Notes under the pieces: generated by a model
Database searches by the model: none
What the model saw: the letters and a program-made list of their open reading frames with translations, nothing else
What the model was told of the DNA's origin: nothing
Shown: piece by piece, positions 1 through 12,592 of the stretch
Layout: the number at the start of each line of letters is the position of its first letter
Numbering within the stretch: position 1 is the first letter of the stretch
Translations under genes and position numbers: made by a program
Assembly: GCF_001194135.2 (NCBI RefSeq)
Contig: NC_068985.1
Coordinates: forward strand, 115,232,169 to 115,274,839
Length of the DNA: 42,671 nt
Direction of reading: 5' to 3'
From: Octopus bimaculoides
Taxonomy: Eukaryota

Positions 1-31
<31 letters not shown>

Positions 32-841
32 ACGTATGTATATATATAAATATATATATACACGCACACACACATATATAAATGCATCTTAACTATTTAT
101 GCATATCTGTCCATCTAAGTATCTAGTTATGTTTATATGTATGTATGTATGTATATATGCATATAAACATGTATCTCTCTATTCCTCTCTAACCATCTCT
201 CTATTTATCCATATAGGTACATACATTCATATATATATATACATATGTTAAGTGTGTATGTGTGTGCGTCTGCGTGTGCGTCTGCGTGTACGTATGTGGG
301 CTTGTGTATGTATGTACCATATGCTGCTATGTATACTTTACGTGTGTCTCTGTCTCTGAGTGCTTCTGTTTCTGATTGTCATGAAGATGCACAGCAAACT
401 ATCTAAGTGTATGCATGTATAATAAACAGAATTAAAAATAAACATAAAACTATCGAACAACGTCTGGTGAGAATTAGTTTAAAATTTTTGAGGTTTCTAG
501 GCGAGATAAGATTGATAGTGACAGCGTTAAATATATTTCATATATCAGTATAGATCGGAGTAACAGGTGAAATGTCCTGCATTATGATAACCCGAAGCAT
601 ATATTCAATTATATTCAATTATAACTACAACACACACGCACAGATGATCACACTTGCACACACTCACATACACATATGTGCTTTCAGACATAAACATATT
701 CACACTCACTTGCATACACACAAAGACATATTCGCATATGCATGTACCCAAACATTTATACGCACACACTCACATTCTGATATATATGTATGCATGTCAT
801 TTATATACATATACGTATATATGTATATATGTATATATGTA

Positions 842-884
<43 letters not shown>
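1..884. repeat. Mixed (TA)n/(TG)n/(CA)n microsatellite and low-complexity block running into an N-gap (885-1592)
   Basis: Dinucleotide tracts are directly visible. The IYIY/HTHT ORFs here are translations of the repeat. Confidence 0.9.
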
Positions 885-1592
885 NNNNNNNNNNNNNNNN
901 NNNNNNNNNNNNNNNNNNNNNNNNNNNNNNNNNNNNNNNNNNNNNNNNNNNNNNNNNNNNNNNNNNNNNNNNNNNNNNNNNNNNNNNNNNNNNNNNNNNN
1001 NNNNNNNNNNNNNNNNNNNNNNNNNNNNNNNNNNNNNNNNNNNNNNNNNNNNNNNNNNNNNNNNNNNNNNNNNNNNNNNNNNNNNNNNNNNNNNNNNNNN
1101 NNNNNNNNNNNNNNNNNNNNNNNNNNNNNNNNNNNNNNNNNNNNNNNNNNNNNNNNNNNNNNNNNNNNNNNNNNNNNNNNNNNNNNNNNNNNNNNNNNNN
1201 NNNNNNNNNNNNNNNNNNNNNNNNNNNNNNNNNNNNNNNNNNNNNNNNNNNNNNNNNNNNNNNNNNNNNNNNNNNNNNNNNNNNNNNNNNNNNNNNNNNN
1301 NNNNNNNNNNNNNNNNNNNNNNNNNNNNNNNNNNNNNNNNNNNNNNNNNNNNNNNNNNNNNNNNNNNNNNNNNNNNNNNNNNNNNNNNNNNNNNNNNNNN
1401 NNNNNNNNNNNNNNNNNNNNNNNNNNNNNNNNNNNNNNNNNNNNNNNNNNNNNNNNNNNNNNNNNNNNNNNNNNNNNNNNNNNNNNNNNNNNNNNNNNNN
1501 NNNNNNNNNNNNNNNNNNNNNNNNNNNNNNNNNNNNNNNNNNNNNNNNNNNNNNNNNNNNNNNNNNNNNNNNNNNNNNNNNNNNNNNNNNNN

Positions 1593-1624
<32 letters not shown>

Positions 1625-2179
1625 AGTTTAATTCAAATTCGTTGATACTCTTGAATATCAAGCGTGATGCTAGTCGTCAGCCATTTTGAATTTAAATGAC
1701 ACAACTTGATTGTTATTACCGTAAGGTGGGCTGCGATTCGTCAATGAAGGTCACGTGGTTTGATATTGGTGTATTGGTGACAGTCAGCTGGAAAATACCG
1801 CATGGCAAACAGGAAATTGACCACGTGATTAGAAACCGGTCAGATTGTTAGTGGGGGAAGTACGAGGGGCGGCATGTGCAAGTCTATAGTTCTATATGTG
1901 GATGTGCAGACGCACACATATAGTTTTGCGTGCATGCGTATATTGATGTGAGTGTGCGCATGTGTACATGGTTGCGGACGCGCACGTCTACACACACACT
2001 TATACACATACACACACACACATACACACACGTTTGGACGAACATGCACGCATGCACCCGCGCACACGCATACGCGCACATCCACACACATACCCACATA
2101 CTCACACGCATGCATATTCGTTCATATGTACACATGTAAATTCGCATGCATGTACGCATGCGTATCAGTGTGCGCATAA

Positions 2180-2330
2180 AAGAGACCGGCAAGAAAGGGA
2201 CCGATAATATATGCACTAGGCTTACGAAGATTAAGTCCTATGGTTGATTTCTTCGACTCAAACCCTTCAAGGCACTGCTCCAGCATGGCCGCAGTCAAAA
2301 TAACTGAAATAAGTAAAAGAATAAGAGAAT
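2180..2330 (+). mobile_element. SINE family B, 3' fragment
   Basis: Contains ctaggcttac...gctccagcatggccgcagtcaaaataactgaaataagtaaaaga, matching the reverse complement of the tail of the full copy at 14008-14407. Confidence 0.8.
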
Positions 2331-2375
2331 GCGCACTTTTGATATGTATACCTGCATCCATATCCCGTGTGGATA

Positions 2376-2915
2376 CACGGATGAGACAAAGTAATTAAAT
2401 GCCATTGCTAAATTGGAAGTTTATTGTTTGATATGGAGCTGATTCCACTTTGGCATCAATCACACCGTTGATGCGTTGATGAATTGATTCTTATAGTTTC
2501 TAAACTGTGATTAGGAAGATTTTGAGCCTTTCTTAAGGTATAATCTAATTTAGATCTTTCAGAGGGAAGTTTTTTCTCGCTTGCAGCTCTAAATGCACTA
2601 TAAATTTTCGTTTATAATGATATCCGTAATTTGGGAAATCATTTCACATAGTCTACTTCACTTTTGTACACTTTGTACGATATTTGGAATAACACTTGCG
2701 CGTGAATCACATATTCTCTTCCTAGATTGTTGCGCTGAGAACAGGAAACAATTTTAGTACTAAAGACAAGTGATGATCGGCGAAAATACTCAGATAAACC
2801 TTGGCACTAACTCTGTCGCCTAGAATAACTAAAGAACCAAAGGGATGCTGTAAAATGACTGCCCAAATCACCACACAACCATGCTTTATGGTAAAAGCCA
2901 AACAAGTAGGATTGT
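2376..2915 (-). mobile_element. Decayed Tc1-like DNA transposon, 3' half with one terminal repeat
   Basis: The minus strand reads NPTCLAFTIKHG-CVVIWAVI...VILGDRVSAKVYLSIFADHHLSLVLKLFP...*EEN..IHA and ends RINGVIDAKVESAPY. This follows the Tc1 DDE pattern (PTVKHGGG..MVW / FQDDN..IH / RI.AVI.AKGG.TPY). It is followed by TA|CACGGATGAGACAAAGTAAT at 2374-2395, a Tc1-style end. Frameshifts and stops are present. Confidence 0.75.
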
Positions 2916-2934
2916 CGACATCGATGGAATTTGT

Positions 2935-3880
2935 GCTCAGAAAGTAGAGATGGACGAAATGCCGATAAGAATTTTTTTTCTGCCGTGCTAACGATTCTGT
3001 TAGCTTGCCGCCCTTTGTTAAAACCGTCAAATTGGTTTCGAATTTTGGCACAAGCCCAGCAATGTTAGGGGAGGGAGCAAGTCGATTATATTGACCTTAG
3101 TGATCAACTGGTGCATGTTATATTGATGCAGTGCTCAATTGGTACATATTATGTTGATCCCGAAACGATGAAAGGCAAGTTCGACCTCGACAGAATTTGA
3201 ACTCAGAACGCAAAGATGGACCAAATGCTGGTAAGTATTTTTTTTCTGGTGTCTTAACGGTTCTTATTTCTTTACTGCCCACAAAGGGCTAAACAGAGAG
3301 GGAACAAACAAGGACAGACAAACGGATCAAGTCCATTATATCGACTCCAGCGCGTAACTGGTTAAAAGGCAATGCTCACAGCCTTAGTTAGAACCATAAT
3401 ATTGATCTCAAATTTTGGCCAGCAAGCTCGGGGGATATATCGATTATAATGACCCTATTTCTCAATGTAATTATTTTATCGATCCCGAAAGAATGAAAAG
3501 CAAAGTCGACTTCGGTGAGATGCCAGTAAGCCTTGTGTCCAGTGTGCTAGCGATTTTGCCAGTTCAAAGCCTTTGTTAGAAACCATAATATTAACAATAA
3601 AATGTGCTGTTGTCCAAATACTGTATTATTGATTTCAAAGTTCGGCACAAGGGCATACATTTCAAAGTTTGGCACAAGGGTGAAGTCGATTACATCGATC
3701 CCAGTTCTCAACTGGTACATATTATATTGACTCCGAAACGAAGAAAGACGAAATCGACTTCAGCGGAATTTGAACTCAAAACGTAAAGACGGACGATGTG
3801 CTAGCAATTCTAAAAGCTCACAGCCTTTGTTAAAACCATGATATTAACAATAACATAAATTGTTGTCCGAACTCTGTATC
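2935..3880 (-). mobile_element. Tandem array of about 4-5 degenerate SINE family A units
   Basis: Repeated gatgaaaggcaaagtcgacctcggcggaatttgaactcagaacg-type blocks (reverse B-box GAGTTCAAATTCC), separated by a recurring cctttgttaaaacc(a/g)taatatt spacer at about 3011, 3382, 3570 and 3824. Confidence 0.8.
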
Positions 3881-4379
3881 ATTAAACGTTACAACTACTA
3901 GATAAGCCCAAAGAAATCTGTAACGTATAATGTCGTAAACACATTTAATTTGTATGCATTACACATAAGACGTAAAGCTAAGCATAAAGTTACATTCAAC
4001 TTATATATAATCCAACGAATTTCATAATAATCATAGATTATCCCTACTGAGGACGGTCAGTTGTTGAAGAAATCATGGAACCGATCTAAATTCTCTACAT
4101 GAATCACATTGTTCCGGCGATATTCCAATTGAAATCTCCGCAGAGAGAAATTTGCTATTTCACTCGTGCAGAATTAATAATGTTCCAGTAATTTAACAGG
4201 GTTCGATTCAATCAATTATAAATTCTTACTTGTCTGTTATTGTGAGTTCTGTATACCATCTGGGTATTGTAAATTAGTCTCAATGCGGACTGTTAATTTC
4301 CTAGAAATAGCGACGAAAGATTATTTTAGCTGCACCTTAGTGTCTTAAATACAAAATAAACTGGATATAATATACATGA

Positions 4380-4596
4380 TTTATCTCTTAACTGTTTGAT
4401 CATTAGACTGCGGCCATGCTGGGGCATCGCCTTGAAGGACTTTTAGTCAAATGAATCGACTCTAGTACTTATTTTTTACTTTTTCCTATAAATCTGGTAA
4501 TATTCTATCGGTACCTCAGCCGAGCCGCTAAGTTGTGGGTAAGTAAACACGCCAACACAGGAAGTCAAGCGGTGGTGGGGACAAACAATGACACAA

Positions 4597-4636
<40 letters not shown>

Positions 4637-5310
4637 ACACACACACACACAAATATATATATATACAGACTGTCCTCATTTAACGACCTACCTATTTAAC
4701 GACCACTCGGAGTTACGACGAACTTTACGAGCCGTCATTACATATTTTACAAACTATAAAAACTTAAAAACTTTGACTGTCGTATTGTGCGCTGTACGAG
4801 AACTACCGTCGAGAAAAGTTTATTAGGCATCTTATGTACTGGGCCTGGAATCACAAACACACTTACGATGTCTGAGCTACAATAATACAGTATCCATATC
4901 CTAACTTTTAAGGTCTTCCTTGTGATAAGCTTACTGTTACTTATTCATTTTTCAAAAAATTATGTTAGTGATTCTTGGCCCTGTACTACATATACTTTAT
5001 ACACTACAGTATTCTGTTTTTATATGTACGTACAGCACACTATACCTATAAAAATAATACGTACCCTATGAATATTTGTTTAACGAGGAATTTGCTTAAC
5101 GACGGGGCTGTTGGAGCGTATCTCGGTCGTTAAATGAGGACGGTCTGTATACGACGGACTTCTTTCAGTTTCCGTCAACCAAATCCGCTCACAAATCTTT
5201 GGTCGGCCCGAAGTTATAGTAGAAGACACTTGCCCAATGTGCTACGCAGTGGGACTGTACCCAGAACAATGTAATTGGTAAGCAAGCTTCTTAACACACA
5301 GCCACGCTTG
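4380..5310 (-). mobile_element. SINE family B, near full length, split by a MITE insertion
   Basis: Tail at 4380-4600 (gactgcggccatgctgg...), then the CA/TA linker. The head resumes at 5148 (tacgacggacttctttcagtttccgtc...acttgcccaa...acacagccac), colinear with 14008-14407. Confidence 0.9.
4666..5147. mobile_element. 482-bp Tigger/pogo-like MITE
   Basis: 23-bp TIRs: CAGACTGTCCTCATTTAACGACC (4666-4688) and GGTCGTTAAATGAGGACGGTCTG (5125-5147), with 1 mismatch. TA lies on both sides (4664-65, 5148-49). No coding capacity. The CAG..CCTC..TTAACG end resembles Tigger TIRs. Confidence 0.9.
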
Positions 5311-5754
5311 TGCCTATATACGCACATAAACATACGCACGCGCGCACACACACGCACATGCACACATACACACACACGCACTTCCAAAATTTGAACTGAA
5401 ACGAAACATGAACAAATGGAAAATTCACACACAATACAAATTGTACCTAATTCCTCACCAATTATCGTCCATTAGATCCTTACATTGTAACGCCTTAACG
5501 ATAATATTCTTCACTTTTGGTGGCATCAGCGGCGAGAAGCTAGTGAGAATAGCGACCGAACAGGGGACAGTAATGAAAACAAACACGACAAAAGGTGAAT
5601 ATACAAACAAAACAAGGCCTTGCGGCTCTAAGATGAGATAGATATATAGGTAACACAAGAAAAATGTCGTATAGGACTGGAAAGGAAGGAAAAAAAAACG
5701 AACTGTGAAAAAGCAAACCGTGTTGAAAGTAGAGAAGAGAGAAACGTAACATGC

Positions 5755-7020
5755 AACTGACCCGGAAACTTTCACCATAGCTATAGACAAACTGCTTAAT
5801 GGGAAAGCATCTTGAAGAGACCTAATTGTTGCATCTAGGTGCAAGAGGCTGCCATTTTATTGAAAATCACTAATATATATATTCAACAGTACTGTGGAAG
5901 GTCACATTGACATACCGATTTGGCTTGCTATAGCACGGACAAATATTGTAGCCAAGAATGAAACCACTGATTTGGAGGAAAACTATCGGCCCATTCCATA
6001 AATATTACACAAACTGACTCAACCAATTCCTCCAGAATCCTTGTGAGTCCAACAATGTAGTGGCCGAGAGCAGGCAGGAGGAAAGAAGGGGATGTGAGGA
6101 TGTGCCGAGCCACTCTTGGTAAACGAAGCTATATTGTCTGAAGCGAAAAACAACGTAGGAGACTTGCAACAGTGTCTTGATTATAGGAAGGCATTCGACT
6201 CTAGTCCCCACTCATGGCTGCTGAAGTGTCTACATCTAGCAAAAGTGTCTGCTACCTTATTTGTTGTCATTGAGAGGTTCACAAAATCCTGGCCAACAAT
6301 TCTTATACTTTGACCTGAAAGAAGAACGATCGTCTGTAATGTTAGAAACGTTTCAAAGGGAATATTCTAAAGAGATGTTCTTTCTGTAATTCTGTTCATT
6401 ATGGCGTTAAATCCATTATCATTACTTCTTAAAAGATCAAATGACTACATCCTAGAATCTGCAACTGCTTGAGATGATAATGTAACATTTAATTTCTTTG
6501 TGGATAATTTGAAAGATTTATGCGAAAATTGGTAAAAATGCCAAAAAGCTTCTGAAATTAATAACATTTTCAGCTGACATAGGAATGGAATTTGACCAAA
6601 AGAAATGTTCGCATTTGATTACTGAATGTGGAAAATCAACTCCCTGGACACAAGACCTGTGCATCAATGGTCTCACTATCTCTCCTGTCTCTCCCAAAGA
6701 ATGCTACAAGGACCTAGGCATTGATTAAAGCACTTTATATGAAGGTATTGGGATAGAGTGACTCGAGAATATTATGCCAAACCTAGAAAAATTTGGCACT
6801 CGGAACTCTCCTCATACACCTAGAAAATATCCTACAATGCGTTTGCAGTACCAATGATGATTCCATTATTTAGGATACTTGGCTGGTCTGAAGTGGAAAT
6901 CCACTCCATACACGTTAAAACCAGTAACATAGTAACACCTCCACAGAAATAATGATATTGACAGGCTCAACCTAAGAAAAGACAAAGGAGTTAGAGCCTT
7001 GAGATCCGTACAACAACAAT
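5755..7020 (+). mobile_element. Decayed R4/Dong-clade non-LTR retrotransposon, RT region
   Basis: Broken frames give IAIDKLLNGKA, WLAIARTNIVAKNETTDLEENYRPI, LDYRKAFDSSPHSWLLKCL, ILFIMALNPLSLLL, FSADIGMEF..KKC, YKDLGI and DIDRLNLRKDKGVRAL. These are RT motifs typical of RLE-type R4/Dong LINEs. Confidence 0.85.
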
Positions 7021-7851
7021 AATAAAATTTATATAAAAATACTTATATAAATTCATTTGTTATTTATTGTTGGCTGATATATATATACATCCATTTTATT
7101 ATTATTATTGTTGTATTTTGACCCGAAGATTAGCTATATTTTTGAATAGAATTGATTTAATCGATTTGATTTTCTTTTGTTTTCTATTTGAACATTTGGG
7201 TATGAAACACGTGTAGTCGATTTATTATTTTAATGATTATTACTTTGTATTTTATTGTAGTTCTTTTTTGTGTATTTACTTATTAAATTGTTCTATATGT
7301 GACTGTCGATTTTCATGGATGAGTTCATGAACTTAGGTTCATTTCTCTAAATTATATATTTATATATTATATACTGTGAAGCTTAATTCAATTTTAATTT
7401 TTGATAANNNNNNNNNNNNNNNNNNNNNNNNNNNNNNNNNNNNNNNNNNNNNNNNNNNNNNNNNNNNNNNNNNNNNNNNNNNNNNNNNNNNNNNNNNNNN
7501 NNNNNNNNNNNNNNNNNNNNNNNNNNNNNNNNNNNNNNNNNNNNNNNNNNNNNNNNNNNNNNNNNNNNNNNNNNNNNNNNNNNNNNNNNNNNNNNNNNNN
7601 NNNNNNNNNNNNNNNNNNNNNNNNNNNNNNNNNNNNNNNNNNNNNNNNNNNNNNNNNNNNNNNNNNNNNNNNNNNNNNNNNNNNNNNNNNNNNNNNNNNN
7701 NNNNNNNNNNNNNNNNNNNNNNNNNNNNNNNNNNNNNNNNNNNNNNNNNNNNNNNNNNNNNNNNNNNNNNNNNNNNNNNNNNNNNNNNNNNNNNNNNNNN
7801 NNNNNNNNNNNNNNNNNNNNNNNNNNNNNNNNNNNNNNNNNNNNNNNNNNN

Positions 7852-7924
<73 letters not shown>

Positions 7925-9052
7925 AATACGCCTCTTTAATTTTCGAAAGAGGATGTGTAAAATTCATTGATGTCATTATATAATTATTGTTTACATTAAT
8001 TCCAGCATGTTAAATGACTTATCTAATCCATCTATTACTGAAATGATTGTAACGGTGTAATAAATGTGATACCAATACCTTAATTCTTTTATTAATTATA
8101 CTCGTATATCTATACATATATCATATACATACACACACACACACATGCATATATTTATGTGTGTGTTTGTGTGTGTGTGTGTGTGTGTGCATCCCTCTTA
8201 ACTTCGTGATCATGTCAATGCTTATATACATGTATTTATGCGTGTATATCTATACATGTGTGTGAATGTATCGGCTTGTGCGGCACTCGCTCTTTCATTC
8301 TGTTTGTATTCTTTCTTCCTTCCTGCTCTCTCTCCCTCTCTCTTTCTCTCTACTTCCCTCCCCCTCTCCTCCCTCCTCTGTCTTTCGTCTCCGTTGCACA
8401 ATTACTACTTTCTCTTCCTGAAGTGTAATTACTCTTCAACAAACACATAATTAGAAAAATTAGCAAGGAAAGATTTTCTCTTTTTAAGAATTCGATTCTG
8501 TGTATTTACTTTCACTAAAGTTGTTAACAGCAATTAAGAATCAATATATATATATGTGTGTGTGTGTGTNNNNNNNNNNNNNNNNNNNNNNNNNNNNNNN
8601 NNNNNNNNNNNNNNNNNNNNNNNNNNNNNNNNNNNNNNNNNNNNNNNNNNNNNNNNNNNNNNNNNNNNNNNNNNNNNNNNNNNNNNNNNNNNNNNNNNNN
8701 NNNNNNNNNNNNNNNNNNNNNNNNNNNNNNNNNNNNNNNNNNNNNNNNNNNNNNNNNNNNNNNNNNNNNNNNNNNNNNNNNNNNNNNNNNNNNNNNNNNN
8801 NNNNNNNNNNNNNNNNNNNNNNNNNNNNNNNNNNNNNNNNNNNNNNNNNNNNNNNNNNNNNNNNNNNNNNNNNNNNNNNNNNNNNNNNNNNNNNNNNNNN
8901 NNNNNNNNNNNNNNNNNNNNNNNNNNNNNNNNNNNNNNNNNNNNNNNNNNNNNNNNNNNNNNNNNNNNNNNNNNNNNNNNNNNNNNNNNNNNNNNNNNNN
9001 NTAAGAAATACGAAAAATAACAATATTAACGATAAATACGGTAGCAGGAACA

Positions 9053-9105
<53 letters not shown>

Positions 9106-9669
9106 GTACAGAACGTCACCATCTTGATCAACACCGCCACCAACAATCAGCATATAACAATTTTAACGACGACGACGACGACGACGACTGCCACAACAAC
9201 AAGCAGAACGTTACAACGACGAAGAACTAAAAGAATACGAGAACAATGCGACAAATTTCGTTAAAATCTGTAATGAAAATGATACTAGTGTAATGTGTGC
9301 TAGTTACTATAGAACACGAAAGAAAAATATAGGAAAAAGAACTCGTGCAAATGTAGAAACTATATCAAGAGACCAATTAGTTTTTTGCCTATTAATTACT
9401 CATGTATAATTAATGGAATTTTTTCTTGTAGTTATTACTTTAATTATTTTGTATGTTCGTTTCTTTGTGTGTTTCTCGTTTACGTTAAATGGGGTGAAGT
9501 CGATTTAAAATTTTCTGCTATTGTATAGGAATTGTTATTTTTCGAAATTAATGCATTTTCTTGTTCTTATTTATCTCAAGTTAAGCAGTTATTCAACAGG
9601 TCAATAATTAAATGTATACCAATCATGACCACCCAGTTTAATTTTTCAAGACATAGTAGTACATCAAGA

Positions 9670-9830
9670 GATGTTTGATTGCAAGAATCAATAGAGCGTC
9701 GGGCAAATTCTTTGCGGTAAATGTTCTAGCTACTTGCGTACAGAGTTCAGATCCCGCTGTGGCCAAATTCGTCTTTCTTGCGAGATCGATAAATTGAATA
9801 CTTGTCAAGTATTGGAGTTCAATTTTCCAT
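9670..9830 (+). mobile_element. Degenerate SINE family A fragment
   Basis: gtcgggcaaattctttgcggta...gagttcagatcccgctg...gatcgataaattgaatac aligns by eye with the family A copy at 32210-32400. Confidence 0.6.
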
Positions 9831-9949
9831 TCTTGCTCCTTCAACCCCTTTTCCCACCCCGTCTTTCTCTCAATCATACACATACAGACACAAATTCTCT
9901 CTTTGTCTCTCTCTATGTCTGTCAATATATGTTTCTCTGCGTCTCTGTC

Positions 9950-10560
9950 TGTCTCTCTGCTTGTCCGTCTGTCTGTTTCTGTCTCTCTCTCTATGTCTCT
10001 CTGCTTGTCCGTCTGTCTGTTTCTGTCTCTCTCTCTATGTCTCTCTGCTTGTCCGTCTGTCTGTTTCTGTCTNNNNNNNNNNNNNNNNNNNNNNNNNNNN
10101 NNNNNNNNNNNNNNNNNNNNNNNNNNNNNNNNNNNNNNNNNNNNNNNNNNNNNNNNNNNNNNNNNNNNNNNNNNNNNNNNNNNNNNNNNNNNNNNNNNNN
10201 NNNNNNNNNNNNNNNNNNNNNNNNNNNNNNNNNNNNNNNNNNNNNNNNNNNNNNNNNNNNNNNNNNNNNNNNNNNNNNNNNNNNNNNNNNNNNNNNNNNN
10301 NNNNNNNNNNNNNNNCTCTCTCTATGTCTCTCTGCTTGTCCGTCTGTCTGTTTCTGTCTCTCTCTCTATATGTCTCTCTGCTTGTCCGTCTGTCTGTTTC
10401 TGTCTCTCTCTCTCTATGTCTCTCTGCTTGTCCGTCTGTCTGTTTCTGTCTCTCTCTCTCTCTATGTCTCTCTGCTTGTCCGTCTGTCTGTTTCTGTCTC
10501 TCTCTCTCTATGTCTCTCTGCTTGTCCGTCTGTCTGTTTCTGTCTCTCTTTCTCTATGTC
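9950..10560. repeat. Minisatellite: 34-bp core ATGTCTCTCTGCTTGTCCGTCTGTCTGTTTCTGT plus variable (CT)n; grades into CT-rich low complexity to about 11070
   Basis: 3 copies before and 5 copies after the gap at 10073-10315. Confidence 0.9.
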
Positions 10561-12185
10561 TCTCTCTCTCTCTCTGTCTTTCTGTCTCTTTGTCACTCTA
10601 CGTCTCTATATCTATGACTGTCTGTGAGTCTCTGTCTTTCTCTCTCTCTTTATGTCCCTGTCAGTCTCTGTCTCTTCCTCTGTCTCTCCCGTTGTTACTC
10701 TCTATCTTTTTCTCTGTCTCTCTCGCTCTCTCTGTCTGTCTGTCTCCGTATCTCTCTCTGTGCCTTTGTCTCACTGTCTGTCTCTGTCTGTCTCTGTCTG
10801 TCTCTTTCTCTCTATATCTCTCTCTGTCTCTCTGTTTGTCACTGTCTGCCTGTCTCTGCCTCTGTCTCTCTTTTCTCTCTATGTCTCTGTCAATCTCCCT
10901 CTCTGTCAATCTCTGTCTCTCTATCTCTCTCTTTCTCTTTTTCTGTCTCACCCGTTGTTATTCTCTTCTCTCTCTATTTCTCTGCCAATATCCGTTTCTC
11001 TACCTTTCCGTTTCTATCAATCTCCGTCCCTGTTTGTATTTCTCTCTGTTTCGCTCTAACTCTCTCCCTTTTCATTACACACTATTAAAAACCAGGCACG
11101 CTGCGCTGTAAGCGGATCCCATATAACACTTACAGCACCCCTTCCTCCAAGAGAGCGGTTAAATGCATAACCAGGTGCGTATTTAGTCTACCAAAGTAGA
11201 ATAGACTCTATGCTGTAGTGAAGGCAACTAACTCAAGAGATGGCAAACTTTAATAGAAAAACCTGAATTAAGTTCTGCATTGAGTTTGTGACAAACATTT
11301 CCACTAACTTTTTTGTTCTTAGCATTTCCAAGTATATGCAGCCTGTCCTACACAACTCTTCACCATTGAAAACAAATTATCTCTGTAGGTGGTCTAATAG
11401 CTATGACAGTTGAACATTCATAGGTCGAAATCAACGATAGAATCCATTATATATAAAATAGACTATTCTGTAAGATAGACGTTATCGTCAACCAATGAAC
11501 AAAAATCTGAAAACTGCAGAATAATGTACTTTAGATAACCAATGTAATATGGGAATTTTAACGTAAGCATTAACATTGGCAATTTCGTAACGTAAACTGT
11601 TATATCGAACGTACAAGTAAGATAATTACCCACCGGTTGCTGATGTATATATAACGAGACGTCAATGTTGCATTTGACAATTGAATACACAAAAGAATAG
11701 ACGATAATAACAAAATATTAGCTTGATAACATTGCCATCAAATGGAATTCTTCACAGAAGTTGAAGATTAGCTATGGAGGATTTACTGATTGGAAAATGC
11801 AAATACAAATTATACACGTTTATAGCGTTCTAGACCTAAACAGAGAATAGTTAGTGGTTTCAGAAATAATTCGATTATCAGTTAAATATTGAAAATCCTA
11901 CGATGAGTATTTTATCGGGTTGCAGCATAATTCCAATGACACTCGCCGCTTAGTTCATGAATGTTGGAATAATCAACTCGATTATAATCTAATTAATTCT
12001 GAAGATTATCTCTACAAGGTCCACAAAACGTTAAAATATTATCATCAAGCTATTATTATTAAAATATTATTATTATTAAATACAAATGAAGTGATATGAC
12101 AGAAAAAAAAAACATAACCTCACAAAAACATCAATAGAAATACGACGCATGTATTTTCAATTATATCGAGCTCGAAAAAGAAAAC

Positions 12186-12220
<35 letters not shown>

Positions 12221-12592
12221 NNNNNNNNNNNNNNNNNNNNNNNNNNNNNNNNNNNNNNNNNNNNNNNNNNNNNNNNNNNNNNNNNNNNNNNNNNNNNNNN
12301 NNNNNNNNNNNNNNNNNNNNNNNNNNNNNNNNNNNNNNNNNNNNNNNNNNNNNNNNNNNNNNNNNNNNNNNNNNNNNNNNNNNNNNNNNNNNNNNNNNNN
12401 NNNNNNNNNNNNNNNNNNNNNNNNNNNNNNNNNNNNNNNNNNNNNNNNNNNNNNNNNNNNNNNNNNNNNNNNNNNNNNNNNNNNNNNNNNNNNNNNNNNN
12501 NNNNNNNNNNNNNNNNNNNNNNNNNNNNNNNNNNNNNNNNNNNNNNNNNNNNNNNNNNNNNNNNNNNNNNNNNNNNNNNNNNTATATATATA

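Noticed and set aside
4041-4080. CTGAGGA-cggtca-gttgt-tga-a-GAAA hammerhead-like string
   Set aside because: Stem II is only 3 bp and displaced, and there is no stem I complementarity. It is too degenerate to support.
9950-10560. Regularly spaced identical repeats as a CRISPR-like array
   Set aside because: The spacers are only (CT)n, the context is eukaryotic, and no cas genes are present.
9734-11111. S/L/C/V-rich ORFs of up to 402 aa
   Set aside because: These are translations of the CT-rich minisatellite and low-complexity DNA, which lacks stop codons by composition.
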